Positions 14,063 to 24,163 of a stretch of 64,000 nucleotides of DNA are shown piece after piece. Origin of the DNA: Eledone cirrhosa (taxonomy: Eukaryota); assembly GCA_964016885.1 (NCBI GenBank), contig OZ024740.1:87916001-87980000 (forward strand), written 5' to 3'. Numbering within the stretch: position 1 is the stretch's first letter; each line of letters starts with the position of its first letter. The notes beneath the pieces were generated by a model. That model was given only the letters and a program-made list of their open reading frames with translations, ran no database searches and was not told where the DNA came from. The translations under genes were made by a program, and so were the position numbers.

Positions 14063-14393
14063 AGTAGCAGAAGCAGATATAACGTTAATATTGCCTCTTT
14101 CTCTCTCTTTTCTCTATTGACGTTCTCCAGCGTTCTTGTGTTGCTCAAGTTATTTAGTTTGTAAAATCTGATATTTTAAAACAATTTTTAAAATAAAATT
14201 TTCGCCCCTACAGGGGGGAAAAATGGGATTGCCACCCAGCTGACAATTCAGCTTGGGGGTTAATCTACAAAATGTTATGTTTTTTCAAACAATTAGTTCG
14301 GTTTTTTGCATAGAAATTAACAAAAAAGCTTACCGGCGATGTTCCACGCGTCAGACAGAAAGAGAGATAGATATATTTAAGAGAGATAGATAG

Positions 14394-14424
<31 letters not shown>

Positions 14425-14436
14425 GATAGATACATA

Positions 14437-14732
14437 TACCCGTGATTTTAGGGGCTCTGGGATATGTCACTAACGGCCACAGTACAAATCTTGAGAAGCT
14501 GGGCTTCAAAGAATCAGAAAGAACACGACTAGTTAGGAAGTTACAAGTTCAGTCTATTAACGACATTTCTGCATGTAATAACTGCATATACACTTATATA
14601 GATACAAAACAAATGCACGTGCACACATATAACCCAAAACATACAGATCCACACATACAATAACATCAATACCTGCACACACACATGCATGCAGATATAT
14701 TTACCTAGCTGATGTCTAAATTCCAATGAAAG
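14437..14732 (+). mobile_element. 5'-truncated R4/Dong-like element (RLE C-terminus + 3' UTR)
   Basis: Encodes PVILGALGYVTNGHSTNLEKLGF...RKLQVQSI; homologous to 20574-22344; flanked by tacata/TACA repeats. Confidence 0.85.
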
Positions 14733-14747
14733 AATACATACATACAT

Positions 14748-15376
14748 ATGCATAATATGAAAGAGTACTGGTGGAATGTTCCAGTAAAAACCCCAATAAA
14801 ATACAGGTATAACAGACCAGATATAATGATATGGGACAGGGAAAAGAAGGCATGCACAGTAGTGGAAGTTAGCTGCCGAGCAAAATAACATCAAAGATTA
14901 GCGAAAAGGAGAATATTTATGCAGAACTAATGAAAAATATGCAGATACTCCACCCTGAGTATACCTTCAGATTTATACCTGTGATTATTGGGGCACTGGG
15001 ATATGTTAGCAACTGCCACAATACCAATCTTGAGAAGCTGGACTTCACAGAAACAGAAAGAACACAACTAGGTAGGAAATTACAAGTACAATCCATTAAT
15101 GGAACAGTAAAAATATGTAAAACATTCCCAAATCTTTGCATCTAATAACTGCATATACACATGTACAGATACAAAGTGTATGCACATGCACACATACAAC
15201 TCAAAACATACACATTCACACATACAATAACATCCATACATGCACACACATGCATGCATGCAGATACATCTACCTAGTTGATGTGTAAATTCCAATGAGA
15301 GAGTCTTGTAACTATGTTAGAAACCGACTCTCTCTCTATTGGCAAAAATTTGTGAAATTATAAAAACCAGAAGAAC
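14748..15376 (+). mobile_element. 5'-truncated R4/Dong-like element (RLE domain + 3' UTR)
   Basis: EYWWNVPV...NRPDIMIWDREKKACTVVE...FIPVIIGALG; (TACA)n on both sides (14735-14747, 15377-15520). Confidence 0.9.
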
Positions 15377-15520
15377 ATACATACATACTTACGTACATAC
15401 CTACATACATACATACGTACATATATACATACGTACATACACACATACATACATACATACATACATACATACATACGTACAAACCTGCATACATACATGC
15501 ATACAGACATACATACATAC

Positions 15521-15975
15521 ATGATGGCGGCAAGCTCTACTAAGAGTATTGCAATCACTTGTCTATCATAGAGTTTGGTGCCCCTTTAGGCTACGGCCAG
15601 CCACAAGAACCTGTAACATATCCTGGACAAGCAATGCTGTGCTTTGAAGGTTTTTTAAAGTGGGGAAAGACCTACCCGATAAGGAGAACTTGTCAACATC
15701 ATCGGATGCTTCCGAAGCCACAGGTTTGTTTTCAGAGTTTCCCTCTCCTAGAAAGGTGTTGTGACAACACTGGGGGCCTTTCACTCCCAGGTGAAAAAAA
15801 AGTACTATTTGGATGGCCGTTGACTCAGTTGAGTTCCTCCGCCCTTTGCCGGGTCTTATATTTCATCCCACAGGGTGTCCAAATATCACCCTCCTCACCA
15901 AGCAAGCTTGGTGGGGTTGCCGACAACCCGACCATGTGACAGGTTGTACTGGATTACCAGTAGCACTCGAGAGCG
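15521..15975 (-). mobile_element. Non-autonomous or internally deleted RTE-like element with (GTAT)n tail
   Basis: Minus-strand 3' end gagcttgccgccatcat(gtat)n resembles 20500-20525; its distal part (15820-15950) is homologous to 17490-17620. Confidence 0.5.
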
Positions 15976-17102
15976 ACCTGACATAAACATGCATACATAA
16001 AAGAAACATACATATGAGAGTATTGTAGTTTGCTTGAAGGATTGTGGTATATGAAGACTGGGTATGGAAAAGAAGCCGCTATAATGCAGACGGGGTTGTA
16101 ATAAGATCCGACAAGAGAGGTAAGGTTGAACGGAAAAAAAAGAAAGGGGAACGAGAGATGCTGTTACATTTGTAATATTTATTATTCCCAATATATTCAG
16201 ATATATTTGTCAATTCACAAATAGGTTGAGCTTGGTTGTCTGTTTTTGCTGGTTTAGTTTCGCAAGATAGTTGCCGCTCAGCAGGCAGTTGTTAGACGCA
16301 TCTTCAATATAACCTAGGGACTAAGCCAGGTTTCACTATTCGTTAGGCTGAAAAGGGCAAACTATCGAAATATCGGTCACTCTCCTATAGGTTTGTGGTC
16401 GACGTCCGACTTTCTTGGGCGCTGAACGACATTTCTACACTCTACTATCAGGGCGGAGTTGGTCACCCACAGAAGCGAGCCACGCACAGTGGTATGGCTA
16501 TTACAACACATCTTTCTCGCCATTCTCCGGGGAAAATTTTTCTCTATTCTGTCCGCTGGAACACCGAGGCGGCTTGCACAAGGAATCTCAAACAGCAAAA
16601 AATGCTTCCCCACTCCGTTCGGACCGGCACCACTAGGGCAGCGATGCTGAGTCGGTCAATTGTAAAAACATTTGTTCGTCTTAATCCCACGCCCATTTAT
16701 CTATTTGTTTGGAATAATTAATAAGTTTCAAAACTAGATTCTAATGCTATGTTGAATTAACTTGGATATATGTCCATATGTTTAGAAAGTTGCAAAAGAT
16801 GGTCCGCTTCTGAAATAGGTCTCGTCTGAATAGTGCTTTCACAGTGACTCATATAAACTATACAGTATTACACACATATTAATTGTATGATATTTGTTTG
16901 TTCTCTTCCATTATGAAACCTAGTTATTCACTAGTACAGAGCAGCCCTGGTGAAGCAGACATCATAAAAAGCTTCACAGTCATGACCATCTCCACTTTAC
17001 ACTATCCAGTCTGTTCTATCCTTTTCGATACATATACGGACAAACACAAACAAAACACATGCATAAAGCACTTTTATAGTCTCACACATACATATATATA
17101 TA

Positions 17103-17620
17103 CATGGTGGCTGCCAACTCGTTTTCGAGTACGGCCACTACTGTATATCCATATAGGAGAACCCCTACCGATGCGCTGAACGAGTGTGACTTTTTAGTCC
17201 AGCCAGCGACTTGATAACTCTGGTACAAACACTACACTTGTGACAATTATTTACACATAGTGCTGGGCCCTTGGTACCATGTGACGACAAGTGCAGAGAA
17301 ATCTCCAGATATAAAGCAATGCCTGTGCCGTGAAGCTTTTATAGTGAGCAAAGGCAGTGCACAAAGCCAGTCCCACTCTCTTAACCAAGATGATATTTAC
17401 CAAAAAGAAGAACAAGTCAACATCATTGGATACCATCAGGGTTGCAGGTGTTATCATCTCTCCCGGTGATTTTGGATGGCTATTAACTCTTAAGAGCTCC
17501 TTTGCCCTTTGACAGGTTTTGTTTTTAGTCCTGCAGGATGTCCAAAGTCACCCTCCTCACCAAGAAACTTTGGTGGGGTTGCCAGTTTAGTCGCCAACGA
17601 CCCGACCATGAGACAGGTTG
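17103..17620 (-). mobile_element. RTE-like element fragment (3' end plus 5'-UTR-like block)
   Basis: 17103-17280 is the reverse complement of 20347-20525; 17490-17620 matches 15820-15950; TACA/TA flanks. Confidence 0.6.
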
Positions 17621-17630
17621 TATATAAATA

Positions 17631-17661
<31 letters not shown>

Positions 17662-17735
17662 TTACACATATACACGTATATACATAGCTAAATACATACA
17701 TCCACGCACACTCATATATATCTAAATATATATAT

Positions 17736-17781
<46 letters not shown>

Positions 17782-18424
17782 GAACATATATACGTGTAAT
17801 GTATATCTGTACAATTACGTTCTAAACTAATTTTATCTCTCAAGTCACTGCACCTTTACCATCAATTATGTATTTTTTGGGATATATATTCATCCGATTT
17901 ACTCCGAAGTTGATCCGTTTAAAAATTCTCCAGTGGTGAATATACGACAAAAGATGTCTGCTGCGTTTTACTCAAATGTTATCTAAAAATCTTCTGACTC
18001 TTGTGAAAGATCTATATATAGGCGAATATTGTTAAATTTACGACAGACGAATACTAAAAAAGAAACTAAAATCAAAGGAAACTAGATTGAATTATGTATT
18101 TTAAGTTTTGGAACTTTTAGTCTGAGTGAATGGGTAAGTGAGGGAGTAAAAGATGAAGGGAATGTATGTGTGAATGTGTGTTTGAATGTAACGTTCATTT
18201 TTTTTCCTCCATAAGAGCATAGTATTCTTGACGCTACAAATTCGATGCTCTTATGGGATATAAACAAAATAACTGAAAATTGTGAACTAGGTCTCAGGAT
18301 TCTTCATGTTTGAACAACAATGCCACTCATGGAAACAATCATAATTTTGTGGCGGGTTTGTTGTTGTTGCAGGATTATTATTATTATTATTATTGTTATT
18401 GTTATTCCTTGAATCTCAGTCATT

Positions 18425-18425
18425 G

Positions 18426-18461
<36 letters not shown>

Positions 18462-18601
18462 GTTATTGTTATTATTATATTATTTCTTCTTCTTCTTCTT
18501 CTTCTTCTTCTTCTTCTTCTTCTTCTTCTTCTTCTTCTTCTTCTTCTTCTTCTTCTTCTTCTTCTTCTTCTTCTTCTTCTTCTTCTTCTTCTTCTTCTTC
18601 T
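18425..18601. repeat. Compound (ATT)n-(CTT)n trinucleotide microsatellite
   Basis: Direct reading; about 40 perfect CTT units. Confidence 0.97.
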
Positions 18602-18827
18602 CTGGATGGACACGATTTTTAAACCCATATTTATATATCATTATTGATAAAGAATAGTTCCTGTAGAGGTTTACAACGAGCTCATCACTGATTCACTATA
18701 TTTCTGATGTCATCGTGAGTTACAAGGTAGTGCTTTTAACTTAATGTAGAGCAGGTATTTTAAAGGAATTTATCGAAGGATATCAATTGTGTTCATATCC
18801 CTACCGATATACATTATTAAAGCAGGC

Positions 18828-19012
18828 AGTGGGCGGTGAATTGGCAGTATCGGTAGAGGGTCGGACATGCTTTCCAGCGTAGTTACGCCCCTTTACGATG
18901 TGAGTTCTAATCCCGCCGAGGTTAACTTTGCCTTTCATCCTTACGGGGTCGATAAAATAAAGTACCAGTAATGTACTGGGTATTTGCTGGCCTTGTGCCC
19001 AAAGTAGAAACA
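18828..19012 (+). mobile_element. tRNA-derived SINE of the most common local family
   Basis: ggcggtgaattggcag...gagttc.aatccc...gcctttcatcc...gggtcgataaaataaagtaccag; related copies near 32490-32705, 42125-42285(-), 48905-49040, 50165-50330, 58705-58840, 61965-62115(-), 63655-63850(-) and 63865-64000(-). Confidence 0.75.
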
Positions 19013-19064
19013 ATTATTAAAACAGACAGACACACACAAAAACACATACATACACACACACACA

Positions 19065-19640
19065 GAGTCCGTAATATTGGAGCTGTGATCTCTCAATTCG
19101 TAGAATTAGCGGCTCTACCTGCAGTAACTCCTTGATGACTGAACTACACATTCTATCGAGTAATGTTACTCCAAAGACCTATCAAAGGAACCCTATTTTC
19201 TTCCGGTTACTACGTAAGAGTTATGACCATTTGTAATGGTTGGCACGGACACCGAATTGAAGACAGCGAGTTGGGTTTTTACAATTACCTCCCTTCTTCT
19301 GATTACCGAATGCTGAAGCTGGTGCAATACTGCACCAACTCCTGCAATTTTTGCATTTTATTCAGCCTCCTGCCTTACATCAATCGTGAACACAGTCCCG
19401 AGATACTTGAACTTCTTCACCTGCTTCAGTGGAATTCCACTCATATATAGGGTGCACTGCGTAACTCCTCCGCCATTGAGTGGATGAGTGTTTCATTCTT
19501 TGCAGCACTGTTTTTCCGTGCTTTCGTGCAGCACTCGGCAGCAAACCTATCAAGTATATGTCAGATATCACATTCCCACGAGTTAAGCAGTACCCTACCG
19601 TCAGCAAATTTCAGTCGACTGATCCTACAGCTACCAGTCT
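19065..19640 (-). mobile_element. Degenerate RTE-clade LINE fragment (RT C-terminal region)
   Basis: Minus frame LKQVKKFKYLGTVFT...AKIAGVGAVLHQL; distal part matches 45445-45475 (attgagagatcacagctcc.atattacgg). Confidence 0.7.
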
Positions 19641-20266
19641 TGATACAACATCCAACTTGCACCACGCACAGATACCTTTCTTTCAGACTAAGCTTCAAGA
19701 GGCAAATGCTGCCACACATCTTTGGTCTACCCTATTCATTCATGCATACCCACATTCGCATACACATACATACACATATACATACACATACACAACACCA
19801 CTAATAAATTTATACTTATGTACAAAAAATTATATTTCATCATATTCTTACATGACGAAGATGTTTCAGCAATGCCTGTATTTGCTAAGCCTCATCAGGG
19901 ACAAATTTTAGTCGCTTAGAGTTGAGAGGTTCTGTTCAGTCATCGCTGCGTAATCGTAGAGTAGTTCTGCATCCATGAATATTGATCTCATTTAGAACAG
20001 TGGAAAAATGAGAAAAAATATCCTTTTCCATATATAGTCGTTAGTGAGTTGGTTACGAATCGATAGCATGTGAAGTTGTCATTTTAATACTGGTTTTCAG
20101 TCAGTCACTCAAAACTCTGATAAAGCTTAACCAATGTACAGTTTTCTGTCAGGCAGTGGCTATATTTTAAGAATATGAATAAATATACAATACTCTGATA
20201 TTAATATTGACTATCACGATCACCTGATTCAAATCCTACAAACACACACATATATAGATAGATGTG

Positions 20267-20298
<32 letters not shown>

Positions 20299-20346
20299 TG
20301 TATGTATGTATGTATGTATGTATGTATGTATGTATGTATGTATGTA

Positions 20347-20525
20347 TGGTACCAAGGGCCCAGCACTATGTGTCAATAATTGTCACAAGTGTAGTGTTTG
20401 TACCAGAGTTTTCAAGTCGCTGGCTGGACTAAAATGTCACACTCGTACAGGGCATCGGTAGGGGTTCTCCTACATGGATATAAAGTAGTGGTCGTACTCG
20501 AAAACGAGTTGGCAGCCACCACCAT
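20347..20525 (+). mobile_element. RTE-like LINE 3' end with C2H2 finger, embedded in (GTAT)n
   Basis: Encodes CSVCTRVFKSLAGLKCHTRTGH (CX2CX12HX4H), then a short UTR and a (GTAT)n tail; (GTAT)n also upstream at 20268-20347. Confidence 0.7.
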
Positions 20526-20573
20526 GTATGTATGTATGTATGTATGTATGTATGTATGTATGTATGTATGTAT

Positions 20574-22344
20574 GTTCTTCTGGTTTTATAATTTCACAAA
20601 GTTTTATCAATAGAGAGGGAGTAGGTTTCTAACGTAGACACAAGACTCTCTCATTGGAATTTACACAACATCAACTAGCTAGATATATATGCATGCATCT
20701 GTAGATATGGATGTTATTGTATGTGTGGAAGTGTATGTTTTGAGTTGTATGTGTGCATGTGTATATGCTTTGCATCTGTACATGTGTATATGCAGTTATT
20801 AGATGCAAAATATTTGGAATGTTTTACATATTTTTACTGTTCCATTGTACTTGTAATTTCCTAACTAGTTTGTTCTTTCTGTTCCTGTGAAGCCTAGCTT
20901 CTCAAGATTTGTACTGAGGCAGTTACTAACATACCCCAGTTCCCCAATAATCACAGGCATAAATCTAGAGTTGTAATAAGGGTGGAGTATCTGCAGATTT
21001 CTCATCAGTTCTGCATAAATATTCTCCTTTTCACTAATCTTTGATATTATATTGGCATCTGCTGGGCAGCTAATTTCCACCACTGTGCATGCTTTCTTCT
21101 CCCTGTCCCATATCATAATATCTGGTCTGTTATGCCTGCATTTTACTGGGGTTTGTACTGGAACATTCCACCAGTACTCTTTCATATTATGTACATGGAT
21201 ATCTTCCACATTGATTTTAATGTGTTTATTATCGGGGCTATCTTTTTTACGAACTGCATTGTACAGTGTTTTGGCCACTACATCATGCCTCATAGGTAGA
21301 TAGTACCGTGATGACATCTTTGGACAGCTGCTGATGACATGGGTGATATCCTCGATGTTAGTCCTGCAGACTCTGCACTTGTTATCACATCTAGGTGTTT
21401 TGCCTGCATCCCTATCTCTTTTGTGAATCAGGTATTTCGTGTTAATCTCTTGTTCTTGGATTGCAAAAGCGTATCCTTCAAAGTGGGAGCCAATATAGCA
21501 GTTGTTGGTCCAAGATAGACTACTTTCCTTATCTATATTACTCTCACTCTGGAGCTTCCTGCCAACATACCCATGCATGATTTTTTGCTGATAAGTATGC
21601 AATTTTTCATCCATGGATTCACTGTGATACTGCTGAGCGACTTCCCTGTGTGTGAGTTTTTGATCATCACACTGGGAATATCTCTCGAGGAGTTCCTTCT
21701 CATCTCTCATGATCTTATCTGTTTCATGCAGATAGACTTGCTCGAGAAACGGGCTCCTACGCTTCGCGGTTCGTAGATGTTGTCGGAGAGATATGATGCG
21801 ACATTCAAATGTTGTCTAGACTGATGTTAGGCCTCTGCCTCTCTGCTTATGTTTCAAGTAAAGGCGGTCTATGTCACTGTTGATGTGGAAGTTTCCGGTG
21901 TTATTTAGTATTTTTCGAGTTTCAACATCAACTGTTCGGATTTCGTCTATCGTCCAATTGAGTATTCCAAACGTTGGTGTTAGGGCAGGCACAGCAAACA
22001 CATTGTGAGCCACTGTTTTGTTTTGCGCAGAGAGTTCCGATTACCAGATCTTTCTTAATCGGGTGTAGTATTCCCTGGTTACGCGTTCTTTATTACAGAT
22101 ACCATTATAGGATATGTTCTCATCTATCCCCAGGTATCTGTAGCAGTCCTCATAAGATATCGGTGAAACAGTTAGGCCATTGATGACAATGTTGCTAGAT
22201 TGGGTTGTTGTTTTTCCTCGCTTTACAGTCATGTATGAGCATTTATCTTGTCCAAACTCCATTCCTATATCCTTTGAGAACGTTGTAACCAGGTCAAGAT
22301 TTGTCTTTATCCCATCCATGTTCTTGGCATAGAGTTTCAGATCG
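20574..22344 (-). mobile_element. 5'-truncated R4/Dong-clade RLE non-LTR retrotransposon
   Basis: DLKLYAK...YRYLG, RLYL...GRGL, CRVC...EDITHVISSC, RHD, NRPDI...VEISCP, PVIIG; (TGTA)n at both ends (20525-20573, 22345-22425). Confidence 0.92.
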
Positions 22345-22436
22345 TATGTATGTATGTATGTATGTATGTATGTATGTATGTATGTATGTATGTATGTATG
22401 TATGTATGTATTTATGTATGCATGTAAATACATATA

Positions 22437-22785
<349 letters not shown>

Positions 22786-22813
22786 ATGTATATATATTAT
22801 AATATATATACAT

Positions 22814-22887
<74 letters not shown>

Positions 22888-22889
<2 letters not shown>

Positions 22890-23077
22890 CGAAGGAAATG
22901 TGGTAAGGAACCAGGTGGACCATAACGCACCAAAGTACTCAATACTTGAGGTAGTAGAGTGGGTAATAGGAACCAGTAAGACCCCGACAGCTGAGCTCAA
23001 GCCGTTTCGACGGCTAATTCTGGTCCAGAATTAGCCGTCGAAACGGCTTGAGCTCAGCTGTCGGGGTCTTACTGGTT

Positions 23078-23081
<4 letters not shown>
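22888..23081 (+). mobile_element. (TA)n-embedded fold-back element with perfect 54-bp-arm hairpin (22970-23078)
   Basis: Perfect inverted repeat centred on 23024; relatives at 33935-34022, 42948-43150, 57527-57670 and 62950-63000. Confidence 0.85.
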
Positions 23082-23155
<74 letters not shown>

Positions 23156-23742
23156 CAGAGAGAGAATGAAAAAAGAAGAGAATGAGATGGAGCGTATTTT
23201 CCATTGAATCATCCTAAATACATATTTGATATTTAGGGAGATATTGAGAATTGTGGAGTGAATGTCGAAGTCGACTTCAGTGGAATTTCAAACTCAGATT
23301 ATAGAAAGTTGATACTAAATACTGGAAATAATTAAAACCTGATGCTGTGTAGCATTTCTGCATCATAATCACCTTCAGCTTTCGACATTAAAAACATGAT
23401 ACAATATAATTCTGTCCACGAGGTTGTTGAATTTGCTAGAAAGAGTAGCGATATTCCACTTAAATCACATCATATTATCTTACGAAACACCAGTCACATT
23501 AAATAATGTAACACCACATACACTGGTTTAAAATAAGGTTAGATAGTCATAGCTTAGCTCATATGTCTACATGATCAAAGCAAACCTGGGACTAGACAAC
23601 GTCAACAATAAAAACACTGAACATGTTTTTACTGCCGAAATACAAGGTTATCTGTATGATCGATCCAGGGTGGATAAATATCAAATTCGAAACCGATGAG
23701 AATCGAGCTGAGGGACATCAGTAGATGAACAAATATGTACAA

Positions 23743-23842
23743 TCAGACCGATGCCATGCTTGTAATAGATTCAATCCATATGTAAATTACAGACCCGTGC
23801 CATACTTGAAATCGATTCAGTCCATATGTAAATTACAGACCC
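23743..23842. repeat. About 43-bp tandem duplication
   Basis: cagacc..tgccat.cttg.aat.gattca.tccatatgtaaatta occurs twice, plus a partial third unit. Confidence 0.8.
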
Positions 23843-23959
23843 CTAAAGCTAGTAACAGGCTTATACCAGCTGTGAAAAGTAAAACCCATAAAAAAACTCA
23901 TTAAGTATTTTAGTAATTAGAGCAAAATATATATAATTTATATATGGCTTACAGGTATG

Positions 23960-24163
23960 TACGAGTGTTGGTTGAAAAGTTCTCAGGCTGACCAAGATAC
24001 TCTCATAGAGTGACCAAATGCGGCTTATTTTTCAACATAGTCCTTGGAAAGAAACAATGCAGTTATTAATATGAATATTTGAAATTCATGAATGCAAGAT
24101 TTCACAGCTCTAGCATCACTCCTTCATAGTCAGCCTATGAACTTTTCCGTCGACCATCCTATA
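23960..24163. mobile_element. Degenerate mariner-like MITE
   Basis: Imperfect TIRs tacgagtgttggttgaaaagttc..aggctgac / gtcagcct..gaacttttccgtcgaccatccta. Confidence 0.55.

Larger units (their letters stand above)
8589..14356 (-). mobile_element. L1/Tx1-clade LINE, copy 2 (about 5.8 kb, probably near full length, frameshifted; different subfamily from copy 1)
   Basis: 5' UTR, ORF1 with CFRCGSTAHLKASC knuckle, ORF2 with APE (MASLRVGTVNMRGL), RT (YADD) and zf-RVT; AATAAA followed by (TATC)n; 5' end abuts (GATA)n. Confidence 0.95.

Noticed and set aside
16270-16720. GC-richer patch with overlapping ORFs, possibly an LTR integrase relic
   Set aside because: No convincing HHCC or DDE motif could be read.
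18393-18657. Poly-Leu/Arg/Phe ORFs
   Set aside because: (ATT)n and (CTT)n microsatellite translations.
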